Below are positions 55,364-63,845 of a DNA stretch of 64,000 bases, piece by piece. Source of the stretch: a virus (Duplodnaviria > Caudoviricetes); IMG/VR virus record IMGVR_UViG_3300031820_000001, positions 50,931 to 114,930 of that record; one strand, 5' to 3'. The position numbers were made by a program, and so were the translations under genes. The notes beneath the pieces were generated by a model. That model did not search any database. It was not told the origin of the DNA and worked only from the letters and a program-made list of their open reading frames with translations. Every line of letters begins with the position of its first letter. Position 1 is the stretch's first letter.

Positions 55364-55603
55364 ATGTGGTGCGAGAAGCACTCGGAATTGTTCAAGAACA
55401 ACGGGGTTCCGCCCGAGCGAATTCTCAATGAGATTGTTAAGATCCTAGCAGCAAGCCGGAAAACGGACGAGAACGCCGCCAGGATCATGATCAGTCAGTA
55501 CGCCAAGGACAAACCGTTCTGCTGCCGCTTTGGCGATGAGAAGCTGAAGAACATCCTGATCAAGATATCCACCGAAGTGGAGAAGAAAAAGAGAGGTTAC
55601 TGA
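55364..55603 (+). CDS. hypothetical protein
   Basis: CEKH...CC; TGATG coupling. Confidence 0.7.
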   Translation: MWCEKHSELFKNNGVPPERILNEIVKILAASRKTDENAARIMISQYAKDKPFCCRFGDEKLKNILIKISTEVEKKKRGY

Positions 55604-55968
55604 TGACAGCACTCAAATGGGTCGACAACACCAAGCTCGTGCGCAAGGCACGTGAGCATGCAACCAGGGCTCGCCTGGAAATGTTCGCCGCCTTCGCTCA
55701 ACTGCAGCTCGACATCCAAGCCACGCACACCAAGAACTGGGACTCACTCAGCGTGCGCGCTCTCGAAGACAAGATCGACGACTTCAAGACGAGTTGCCAG
55801 AACTACAGGTCGGCAGAGGACGCGATCATCATCGCTATGTCCACTGACGCCGGCCGTGTCGATGCTGCCGTTCCGTCGCCAGCTGATCTCGGAAGCACGC
55901 CACCAGTCGTTGGCGCTCCCTGGGAAGATGTTCTTGGAGTGACTCCGGTAGACGACGTCAAGCCGTGA
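55603..55968 (+). CDS. hypothetical protein
   Basis: Coupled at both ends. Confidence 0.7.
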   Translation: MTALKWVDNTKLVRKAREHATRARLEMFAAFAQLQLDIQATHTKNWDSLSVRALEDKIDDFKTSCQNYRSAEDAIIIAMSTDAGRVDAAVPSPADLGSTPPVVGAPWEDVLGVTPVDDVKP

Positions 55969-56366
55969 GCGACATCCTCTCCATCAGCCCACGGATCGAG
56001 GCGGTCCAATGGATCGAGCACCTCGAAGTCATCCTCGGTAAGTACCGCTTCAACTTCATCAACGAGAAGGAGTTGCAGGCCGGTATGGCGAAAGCGTTTG
56101 CGCGGCTAGAGGAGCCGTTCATGCGCGAGTACAAGCTCTCCGACGAAGACATCGTCGACTTTTACTGGCCACACAAGAAGGTCGGCCTAGAAGCAAAAAT
56201 CGACCGCTCACTTTCAGACCTGATCCGCCAGGTCCATCGTTACTGTCAGCACGAATCGATCTTGGGGATTCTCGTCGTGACATCTAAGGCACGCCTCGCT
56301 AATCTGCCAGAAGAGATGAGCAACAAGCCGATTCGCTGCCACAGCCTCCTCGGAAGCCTATTGTGA
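55965..56366 (+). CDS. PD-(D/E)xK nuclease-like protein
   Basis: EKELQ...REYKL...IVDF...VGLEAK...QVHRY. Confidence 0.7.
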   Translation: MSDILSISPRIEAVQWIEHLEVILGKYRFNFINEKELQAGMAKAFARLEEPFMREYKLSDEDIVDFYWPHKKVGLEAKIDRSLSDLIRQVHRYCQHESILGILVVTSKARLANLPEEMSNKPIRCHSLLGSLL

Positions 56367-58132
56367 GACTGTTCGGCAAGGTTACCCTCGAAGGACGAAC
56401 CTGGGTGATCGAGACGGAGCCACAGGTGGCCCTTCGTCTCAAACGGGTATTCGAGCGCATCAACAAAAACCAGTACGGGAAGATCACCCTATTCGCCTCG
56501 CCCACTAATTCACGCGAGCTGAACTGGTTCCTGCAGCGTTATCCGATGGACATAGAAGCCGGCGACAAGGCCAGGCTCCAGGAACTGACCGACGACCATC
56601 TTGCGAACGAAGACCTGGTCGGAAAGATCTTGGCCGGCGACTACCAGGCGCCCGAATTCGAGCTGGCCGTTCAGCCACGCGAGTACCAGCGAATCTCTGC
56701 TGACCTAGCCATGAAGACCGGCCGGCTACTGATTGCTGATGACGTCGGTCTCGGTAAGACGGCTCAGGCCATCTGTACGTTCACGGATTCTTCGAACCTT
56801 CCAGCATTGGTGGTCACGCTCGCCCACCTGCCAAGACAGTGGCAGAACGAGATCACCAAATTCGCCCCGTCGCTCAGAACCCACATCATCAAGAAGGGCA
56901 CGCCGTACGACGTCACCAAGGGCAAGCGTGGCGACAAACAGCTCTTCCCTGACGTGCTGATCGTCAACTACCACAAGCTGAATGGCTGGGCAGAAACCTT
57001 GGCCGGCGTCGTCAAGACTGTGGTCTACGACGAGATCCAGGAGCTGCGACGGTCGGAGTCCGACAAGTACGGAGCTGCCAGCCACATTTCCGAGCAATGC
57101 AACCTCTGCGTCGGGTTGTCTGCTACGCCGATCTACAACTACGGCGGAGAGATCTTCAACGTCATCAGCGCTCTGGAGCCTGGCGTTCTTGGAGCCAAGG
57201 ATGAATTCATCCGCGAGTGGTGCGACTCGTACATGCAAGACCGCCCCAAGATTCGTGACCCGAAGGCCTTCGGTTCATTCCTACGCGAGCAAGGCTTGAT
57301 GATTCGCCGAACCCGCAGCGAAGTCGGCCGTGAGCTTGAGCCGCTCACCAAGATTCCACAGGCCATTGAGGCTGACCCTGAAGCTCTCAGCAGGATCGAA
57401 GATTCCGCTGCAGAGCTGGCCAAAATCATCCTGTCTCAAAGCACCCTCAAGAAGGGTGTCAAGATGCAGGCGTCCGAACAGCTCTCGAACCTGGTGCGGC
57501 AGGCCACTGGAATCGCCAAGGCTCCGTACGTCGCTGACTTCGTCCGCATGCTCGCGGAAGCCGACGAGCCGATCCTTCTATATGCCTGGCACCGTGAGGT
57601 CTACGGCATCCTCAACGCGAAGCTCGCTGACCTGAACCCGGTCATGTACACCGGAAGTGAGAGCGCAAACCAGAAGCTCGAAGCCAAGGAGAAATTCTTG
57701 AGCGGCGAGGCCAAGATTCTGATGATGTCGCTCCGGGCAGGCGCAGGCCTCGATGGACTGCAAGCGAGATGCAGAACCGTGGTGTTCGGCGAGCTGGATT
57801 GGTCGCCCGGCGTCCACGACCAGTGCATCGGCCGCGTCCACCGTGACGGACAGACAGATCCAGTGATGGCCTATTTCCTTCTGTCCGACTACGGCAGCGA
57901 TCCCGTCATGTCCGACGTGCTTGGCGTCAAGCGTGCTCAGATGATCGGCATCAGAGACCCGAATGCCGACCTTATTGAGGCCAGCCAGGCGTCCGACCAT
58001 GACCTCAAGAAACTGGCTGAATCATTCCTGCGCCAACGCGGGCTTGAGGTGACTGAACCATCCAACCTCGCCAACATCATCCAACTGAGGCCCAAAGACG
58101 ATGAGCACCCAGAAGTACCTAACCAAACGTGA
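56363..58132 (+). CDS. SNF2-related helicase
   Basis: ADDVGLGKT, DEIQ, LSATP, QCIGRVHRDGQ. Confidence 0.93.
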   Translation: MRLFGKVTLEGRTWVIETEPQVALRLKRVFERINKNQYGKITLFASPTNSRELNWFLQRYPMDIEAGDKARLQELTDDHLANEDLVGKILAGDYQAPEFELAVQPREYQRISADLAMKTGRLLIADDVGLGKTAQAICTFTDSSNLPALVVTLAHLPRQWQNEITKFAPSLRTHIIKKGTPYDVTKGKRGDKQLFPDVLIVNYHKLNGWAETLAGVVKTVVYDEIQELRRSESDKYGAASHISEQCNLCVGLSATPIYNYGGEIFNVISALEPGVLGAKDEFIREWCDSYMQDRPKIRDPKAFGSFLREQGLMIRRTRSEVGRELEPLTKIPQAIEADPEALSRIEDSAAELAKIILSQSTLKKGVKMQASEQLSNLVRQATGIAKAPYVADFVRMLAEADEPILLYAWHREVYGILNAKLADLNPVMYTGSESANQKLEAKEKFLSGEAKILMMSLRAGAGLDGLQARCRTVVFGELDWSPGVHDQCIGRVHRDGQTDPVMAYFLLSDYGSDPVMSDVLGVKRAQMIGIRDPNADLIEASQASDHDLKKLAESFLRQRGLEVTEPSNLANIIQLRPKDDEHPEVPNQT

Positions 58133-58280
58133 AGCTTGGCTTATCTGGCGTCTCATTGAGAGTCTTCGCCAACGAGAAATTCCATTTGAAGGCAAGGACG
58201 GAGAATTCGCTGGCGATTTCGACCGACTTCGGGATAGGTGTATTGACCAAGGATTTGATTACGACCCAAAGAAAGGCTAA
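58101..58280 (+). CDS. hypothetical protein (59 aa)
   Basis: Read manually: MSTQKYLTKREAWLIWRLIE... Confidence 0.5.
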   Translation: MSTQKYLTKREAWLIWRLIESLRQREIPFEGKDGEFAGDFDRLRDRCIDQGFDYDPKKG

Positions 58281-58295
58281 GAGGAACAACATCGA

Positions 58296-58823
58296 ATGAG
58301 AGACCGTGGACGTGGACGCCCTGAACGTATTCGCATCAATCGCCACATTCGAATCACGCCCATCCGAGTAGTGCTGGAAGACGGCTCCACTCTGGGCGTC
58401 ATCGAGACCCATGAGGCCATCGCCAAGGCCGAAGAGATGGGGCTCGACCTAGTTGAAATCTCGCCGACTGCGCGTCCGCCGGTCTGCAAGATCACCGACT
58501 ACGGCAAGTGGAAGTACGACCAGTCAAAGAAGGAAAGCGAAGCCAAGCGCAACGCCTTCCAGTCCGAGGTCAAGCAGATCCGCTTCCGCCCGAAGACCGA
58601 GGAACACGATTTCGCTTTCAAGGTCAAGAATTCCAGGGAATTCCTGGAAGAGGGCCACAAGGTGCAGTTCGAGGTTCGTTTCCGGGGACGCGAGAACGCT
58701 CACCCCGATGTCGGCAAGATTGTTCTCGACCGTGTAGCCAAAGAGTTGATGGACGTCGCCAAGTTGGAGCGCATGCCTCGGTACGAGAACAAGTCGATGA
58801 CGATGCTGATGGCTCCGAAGTGA
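58296..58823 (+). CDS. infC: translation initiation factor IF-3
   Basis: RINRHIR, GLDLVEISPTARPPVCKITDYGK, RPKTEEHD, FRGRE, MLMAPK. Confidence 0.96.
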   Translation: MRDRGRGRPERIRINRHIRITPIRVVLEDGSTLGVIETHEAIAKAEEMGLDLVEISPTARPPVCKITDYGKWKYDQSKKESEAKRNAFQSEVKQIRFRPKTEEHDFAFKVKNSREFLEEGHKVQFEVRFRGRENAHPDVGKIVLDRVAKELMDVAKLERMPRYENKSMTMLMAPK

Positions 58824-58850
58824 AAGCCCCGCCCTAGCCATTTGTAGCTA
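58821..58850 (+). promoter_or_regulatory. ECF-like leaderless promoter
   Basis: TGAAA-N17-TGTAGCTA-4nt-ATG 58855. Confidence 0.8.
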
Positions 58851-58854
58851 GGGC

Positions 58855-59052
58855 ATGAGTTGCTACGAGTGCTCGCACATCACTGGCCACGCGCATACGT
58901 GCAGCCAGTACGCCGCTTCGGCGGACGAGAGTCTCGAAGCTCGCCTCCTGGCTCGTATCGAGGCGCTTGAGGAGCGTGTTCGTCAGCTGGAGGAGCGCAA
59001 CGAGGTCCGTGACCGTGCCATCCAGCAGACGGGCGGGAGGATTCCTCGATGA
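58855..59052 (+). CDS. small Zn-binding coiled-coil protein
   Basis: CYEC...H...C. Confidence 0.7.
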   Translation: MSCYECSHITGHAHTCSQYAASADESLEARLLARIEALEERVRQLEERNEVRDRAIQQTGGRIPR

Positions 59053-59240
59053 GCACCTTCCGTCTGGTCAAATCGATGACCCGCTCCCTTACCGCGAAGG
59101 AGCAGAAGACAATCGTCAAGTACTGGTCTAAGAACCAAGAGCTGACCGAAGCGCAGGTCATCGAGCACTTCGAGAAGAAGCTCAAGATGCCGATCACTCG
59201 AACGGCCCTGATGATGGCCATGATGACTCACGGGGACTAG
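59049..59240 (+). CDS. hypothetical protein
   Basis: GGAGG RBS, ATGA-coupled. Confidence 0.7.
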   Translation: MSTFRLVKSMTRSLTAKEQKTIVKYWSKNQELTEAQVIEHFEKKLKMPITRTALMMAMMTHGD

Positions 59241-59462
59241 ATGCACGTGCGAATGGTTCAAGACGAAGTTCGTCAGGCGATTAGGGAATATTTCGAGAAG
59301 CGGGGTATCGATATCCCGAAGAACGAAATCGAATTCCGCATCAAGGCGCAGTTCTCCAACGTCACAAGCCGAAGCATCCACCCCGGCGATATCGTCGAAG
59401 GCGATGTCTGGGCTGATATCATCGGCGTCGAGCTTCCGATCAAGGAAGGACCATATCGCTAA
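59241..59462 (+). CDS. hypothetical protein
   Basis: ORF in chain. Confidence 0.65.
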   Translation: MHVRMVQDEVRQAIREYFEKRGIDIPKNEIEFRIKAQFSNVTSRSIHPGDIVEGDVWADIIGVELPIKEGPYR

Positions 59463-59713
59463 TGCTCTACAAACGTGACAACGGGATGATCCTCTGTGAG
59501 AAACACATCGCAGAGACTGCCGACAAAGAGGGCATCTGCTGCGAAAACCTGACGCCCATTGCGCAGGAGAACGCAGACTTCCTCGGCATCCGCTGCATCA
59601 TGTGCGAAATGCCGGCGGCGCCAAATCGTACCTGCGAGAGCTGCGGCAAGCCTCTCCATGAAAATTGGCCGGCGGTCTACTGTAGTAACGAGTGCGCACT
59701 GGACGACGTATGA
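59462..59713 (+). CDS. Zn-finger protein
   Basis: CESCGKPL...YCSNEC. Confidence 0.7.
   Translation: MLYKRDNGMILCEKHIAETADKEGICCENLTPIAQENADFLGIRCIMCEMPAAPNRTCESCGKPLHENWPAVYCSNECALDDV
59659..59688 (+). promoter_or_regulatory. ECF-like promoter, variant copy
   Basis: TGAAA-N17-TGTAGTAA; GTG 59692 and ATG 59710 downstream in the same frame. Confidence 0.5.
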
Positions 59714-60012
59714 GTTGGAGAAAAATCATAGTGGACGGCATCCAGTACACCTGGAAGTTCGGCGACGGCGTAACGTGCGTCCGCATCAACGGTCAGACGT
59801 TCGCCAAGTTCGACACGACCGAACTGTTGGGCCTCACGCCTGACCAGCATGAACGCGCTGTCTGGAAGAAGTCGATGCTCCAAGCTGTGACGCCGGCACT
59901 GATTGCCGACGCCATCCGAAACACCCGAAATGGCATGCCCGCCGTGCTGCCCAAAGAAAAACGCAAGCTGCTGTCAGATATGAAGCGGCTGGGCGTCTTA
60001 AGGTTCAAATGA
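59710..60012 (+). CDS. hypothetical protein
   Basis: RKIIVDGIQYTWK...VTPALIA. Confidence 0.7.
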   Translation: MSWRKIIVDGIQYTWKFGDGVTCVRINGQTFAKFDTTELLGLTPDQHERAVWKKSMLQAVTPALIADAIRNTRNGMPAVLPKEKRKLLSDMKRLGVLRFK

Positions 60013-60461
60013 AGGTCATCATCCTCAGAGGCGGTTCGGGTGCCGGCAAGAGCACCTGGATCAAGAAATACCACCACAGCAACACGGTCGTGTTCTCGGC
60101 CGACACGTTCTTCATGGTGAACGGCGAATACCTGTTCGATGTCACCAAGCTCGGAGAGGCGCATGCAACCTGCCTGCGCAGCTTCATTGCCTTCTGTCAG
60201 AACCCGCCGGCTGAAGTCCCCACGGTCATCGTGGACAACACCAACACCACGGTTGCGGAATTCGCGCCGTATGCTCAAGTGGCGCAGGTCTACGGCCACG
60301 AGCTGCAGCTCTATACGTTCCTCTACGACCCGATCGTAGCCCACAAGCGCAACACCCATGGCACGCCGCTCAAGGGCTGCATCGAGATGCACCAGCGGTT
60401 GATGGAGAGCAACAAGTTCATCCCGCCCTGGTGGAAGCACGATTACCTCGTCGCAGAATGA
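60009..60461 (+). CDS. P-loop (AAA_33 / polynucleotide kinase-like) kinase
   Basis: LRGGSGAGKST, SAD, IVDNTN, RNTHG. Confidence 0.88.
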   Translation: MKVIILRGGSGAGKSTWIKKYHHSNTVVFSADTFFMVNGEYLFDVTKLGEAHATCLRSFIAFCQNPPAEVPTVIVDNTNTTVAEFAPYAQVAQVYGHELQLYTFLYDPIVAHKRNTHGTPLKGCIEMHQRLMESNKFIPPWWKHDYLVAE

Positions 60462-60595
60462 CCATCGCCGTCTTCGTCCTTTTGGTATTCGCCTGGCTAG
60501 CAGCAACGCCAGCCCAAGATGAGGTCTTGGACTGTCAGGGCGAATGGGACGATGGCTACGTCGACAAGAGCGACGACATTGGAGAAATTGTATGA
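60458..60595 (+). CDS. small secreted/membrane peptide (45 aa)
   Basis: Read manually: MTIAVFVLLVFAWLAA plus acidic tail; ATGA-coupled at both ends. Confidence 0.55.
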   Translation: MTIAVFVLLVFAWLAATPAQDEVLDCQGEWDDGYVDKSDDIGEIV

Positions 60596-61683
60596 CCCAA
60601 GTTACCCTCGAAGAAGTAATTTCCAGAACTGGCGACCGGCCTGATTGGCTGCAGGGTCGCGTTGCATTTCTCGCTCGAAGCGGATCGCACGCCTACGGCA
60701 CCAGCACGCCGACTAGCGACGAGGACTTCCGTGGCATCGTGATCGCTCCTCAGGATTTCCGCCTGGGATTTCTCCACAATTTCGATCAGTACGAGAGCAA
60801 CAAGGTCGACCTCGTTCTGTACGAAATGCGGAAGTTCTTCAAGCTGGCCTCGGACTGCAACCCGAACATCATCGAGCTGCTCTACACCCACGACTCCGAC
60901 GTGATCCACGTTGGGCTCCCTGGTGAGATGCTGATCGCCATCCGTTCGACCTTCGTCAGCAAGAAGGCTCGCCACACCTTCGCTGGGTACGCGTTCAGCC
61001 AGCTCAAGCGCATCAACACGCACCACCGCTGGCTGTTCAGCCCTCCCACGGAAGCGCCCACCAGGGCTGCTTTCGAGCTGCCTGAGACCACCATGATTCC
61101 CAAGGACCAGCTCGGCGCTGCCGAGGCTGCCATCAAGAAAAAGATGGAGACCTGGGAATTGGCGCTCGACAACGTTGGCGAGGCCGACAAGATCAACCTG
61201 ACGAACCAGGTGGCCGCGTACCTGGCAGAGCTTCAGATCAGCAAGGACTTCCAGTGGGAGAGCGCTGCCCGCAATATCGGGTACGACGACAACTTCCTGG
61301 AGCTGCTGCGTCGAGAGCGCGCCTACCGTACGGCCAAGAACGAGTGGGACCAGTACCAGAACTGGCTCAAGACGCGAAACGAGGCTCGTGCTGGCTTGGA
61401 GCGTCAGTTCGGCTACGATACAAAGCACGGCATGCACCTAGTCCGGCTCCTTCGGATGTGCGAGGAGATTCTCAGCGGCCAGGGCGTCATCGTGAGGCGT
61501 CCTGACGCCAAAGAACTGCTCGAAATCAGGAACGGCGCCTGGAGCTACGAGAAGCTCATCTCGTGGGCCGAGGAGCAGGACAAGAAGATGGACGGTCTCT
61601 ATGAGAAGTCCAGCCTGCCCAAAATCCCCGACATGAAGGCCCTCGATAAGGCCTGCGTCGAGATCGCTCGTCAGTTCGTCTAG
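60592..61683 (+). CDS. DNA polymerase beta-superfamily nucleotidyltransferase
   Basis: SGSHAYGTSTPTSDEDFRG, CNPNIIELL, YDTKHGMHLVRLL. Confidence 0.92.
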   Translation: MTQVTLEEVISRTGDRPDWLQGRVAFLARSGSHAYGTSTPTSDEDFRGIVIAPQDFRLGFLHNFDQYESNKVDLVLYEMRKFFKLASDCNPNIIELLYTHDSDVIHVGLPGEMLIAIRSTFVSKKARHTFAGYAFSQLKRINTHHRWLFSPPTEAPTRAAFELPETTMIPKDQLGAAEAAIKKKMETWELALDNVGEADKINLTNQVAAYLAELQISKDFQWESAARNIGYDDNFLELLRRERAYRTAKNEWDQYQNWLKTRNEARAGLERQFGYDTKHGMHLVRLLRMCEEILSGQGVIVRRPDAKELLEIRNGAWSYEKLISWAEEQDKKMDGLYEKSSLPKIPDMKALDKACVEIARQFV

Positions 61684-62219
61684 CGTTTCTCGGCTGCCAT
61701 GTCGGCCGCCTTGGAGTCGCACGTCGGATCATTCGGCGAGCACTGAAGCTGCACACGAACATCCTGGTACTGCTTGGCGGTGGTCACATCGACAGGCACA
61801 GGGCTCGCTGGCTTCAGCTTGTGACTCTTTGTAGCCACCGGGCCAGTGCCGGCCTTAACCTTGGGCGGAGGGGCTGGAAAAGTACCCCGATGGCCAAGAA
61901 TGTCCACATAAGCTTCGAGACGAATGATCCGCTTCTCTTGCTCATCTTTGACCGCCTTCAGAGCTGCGATCTCCTTCTCATCCACATCGACGACATCCTG
62001 CGTCTTGGCGAGGAGATCTTGCAGCTCTTTGACAGCCGGGGCGAGCGTCTCGTAACTCGCCTTGGTCTCGGTCTTCGCATCCTTGGCCTTGGCCTGGATG
62101 TCGTAGATCGCAGACACGATCGTAACAACCGCTCCTGTGAGTGGTCCGACGATGCTTAGAACCACCAGAAGGCGCTTCGCCCAGCGGGGAAGCCTCAGCT
62201 TCTTCGGTTCTTCGTCCAT
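61680..62219 (-). CDS. membrane-anchored coiled-coil protein
   Basis: N-terminal TM plus coiled coil; TTGTCG-N18-TAAGAT-6nt-ATG upstream. Confidence 0.75.
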   Translation of the reverse strand: MDEEPKKLRLPRWAKRLLVVLSIVGPLTGAVVTIVSAIYDIQAKAKDAKTETKASYETLAPAVKELQDLLAKTQDVVDVDEKEIAALKAVKDEQEKRIIRLEAYVDILGHRGTFPAPPPKVKAGTGPVATKSHKLKPASPVPVDVTTAKQYQDVRVQLQCSPNDPTCDSKAADMAAEKR

Positions 62220-62233
62220 CCGACGATCTTAAA

Positions 62234-62683
62234 CTACCCGAGAACTTCTCGACAAGCAGACGCAAGCTGCGACAACGATTCGCCCTTCGCAGCACGTTGA
62301 GCAACCTTGTCCTTGGCCCAACCGATCGCCTGCGCTGCATGCGGCTCGCTCTTGGCGCCAGCAGCTGTGTGCATCGAAAAACCTCGCTTAATACCAAGGC
62401 TCTTGTCACCCTTCGGCGCTGCAGTAGCCACGACTGCCTTCTTCGGGCCTTGCGCCAATACCTTTGGCTTGGGCTTCGGAATCGGCGGAGGAGTTGCGCC
62501 CGTACGAGACTTCAACGCCGGCATACCTGCCGAGGCGCGATCTGCAGCCTTGAACGGAGGCGGCGCCGCAGCCTCATCGAAGTCGTGATCGTCGCCCATC
62601 TTGTGTCGACGGCTTGGCTTGGCCTCGCTCAAGCGGGCATGGACTTCGACAACCGCGCTGTACAGGTCTTCAAATGAATCCAT
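62234..62683 (-). CDS. Ala/Lys/Pro-rich hypothetical protein
   Basis: ATG 62683 after GGAG; track start 62716. Confidence 0.65.
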   Translation of the reverse strand: MDSFEDLYSAVVEVHARLSEAKPSRRHKMGDDHDFDEAAAPPPFKAADRASAGMPALKSRTGATPPPIPKPKPKVLAQGPKKAVVATAAPKGDKSLGIKRGFSMHTAAGAKSEPHAAQAIGWAKDKVAQRAAKGESLSQLASACREVLG

Positions 62684-62767
62684 GGTGGCAACGATCTCCA
62701 GCGCCGAACCTATCAATTTGACAGGATCATCGCAACAAAGACTGTTACCTCCAGCGCGAGGTATGGG

Positions 62768-63106
62768 CTAGTCGTCCAAAACAGTCCGCTTCGCCGTCTT
62801 TGTCGGCTCCACTTCGTCATCCCAAACAACGCGTGTCTTGCTGCCGTGCCCGTGGATGGCAAGCATCTCGGCAAACGAGTCGTAGATTGCAATTGACTTG
62901 TGGATCGTCAACCAGCTGACGATGACCTTGGTGTTGGTCAACAGAACGCCTTCGGCAACAACGCCTGTGCCGCTAACACCGGACTCGTCCACATCCCGAT
63001 GGAGATGGAACGTTCTCATGCCGGTATTTTGGGAGCCCATCGTTTCACGTTTGGGCCGGTCACCCAATTTTTGCTCCGCCCTGTCTGAGATTACTGATTG
63101 TGTCAT
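62768..63106 (-). CDS. conserved phage hypothetical protein
   Basis: FHLHRDVDESGVSGTGVVAEGV...HGHGSKT. Confidence 0.85.
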   Translation of the reverse strand: MTQSVISDRAEQKLGDRPKRETMGSQNTGMRTFHLHRDVDESGVSGTGVVAEGVLLTNTKVIVSWLTIHKSIAIYDSFAEMLAIHGHGSKTRVVWDDEVEPTKTAKRTVLDD

Positions 63107-63371
63107 TGCTCAAAATCTGGGACCCATGTGAAATGAGCCCAGCTCCTTTGTCGAATGCGAAGGCGAAATTGCCCGCGCCATCCTTGAATCGATAGACAGA
63201 CATGTCGACCTGATCGAATTCGACCGCCATCCCGCCGAGGCACTCAGCGTCGGGGAAAATCTTGACCAGATCTGTGACGGGCAAACCAGCCCACGTAACC
63301 AACTGACAGTTGCTCATGACCTCGCTCCAATCGACGCCCTTTACCGCTAGATCTGAGTTCTCGTCAAGCAT
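63060..63371 (-). CDS. hypothetical protein
   Basis: ORF in minus-strand chain. Confidence 0.6.
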   Translation of the reverse strand: MLDENSDLAVKGVDWSEVMSNCQLVTWAGLPVTDLVKIFPDAECLGGMAVEFDQVDMSVYRFKDGAGNFAFAFDKGAGLISHGSQILSNDTISNLRQGGAKIG

Positions 63372-63837
63372 TGGTCTTCTTCGGGCATGGGTTCACGTCA
63401 CTACGATGAGCATGACAGAGCCTGCAGTACGTTTCGTCCTGGTCGACGATCCATTCGTGTTGGACTGCCAACTTGGACTTCTCTTCGTTCACCAGTAACA
63501 CGAGCAAGATTGCATAGTTGATCACATCGTAGATGCGACCTTCGATCGGCTCGGATTCAACCTTGCCGTCCTTGAGAAACCGCCAGATTGCGGCGACGTG
63601 TTTGTAGAAATACACGCCCCACGCCTGGAACGGCGTGATCCCGTTGTTCTCTGCTGCGACCTTGAAGTTATCCGAGCGATCGATATCGCCCTTGCCGCGT
63701 GTGTAATCGTTGCCTTTGTGGTTGTAGATCTTCCAGCATGCCATCACAACCGACGAGAAATGCTGATTCCTCAGCATCGTGATCACGTCTTCTGGTTGTA
63801 GATGGGACGGAACAGAGAAGTCCCTCGAACCGAGCAT
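63364..63837 (-). CDS. nucleotide-modification-associated / dNTP diphosphohydrolase-like protein
   Basis: KGNDY...NFK...KH...SEPIEGRIYDVINYAIL. Confidence 0.7.
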   Translation of the reverse strand: MLGSRDFSVPSHLQPEDVITMLRNQHFSSVVMACWKIYNHKGNDYTRGKGDIDRSDNFKVAAENNGITPFQAWGVYFYKHVAAIWRFLKDGKVESEPIEGRIYDVINYAILLVLLVNEEKSKLAVQHEWIVDQDETYCRLCHAHRSDVNPCPKKTNA

Positions 63838-63845
63838 TGCAGCGC

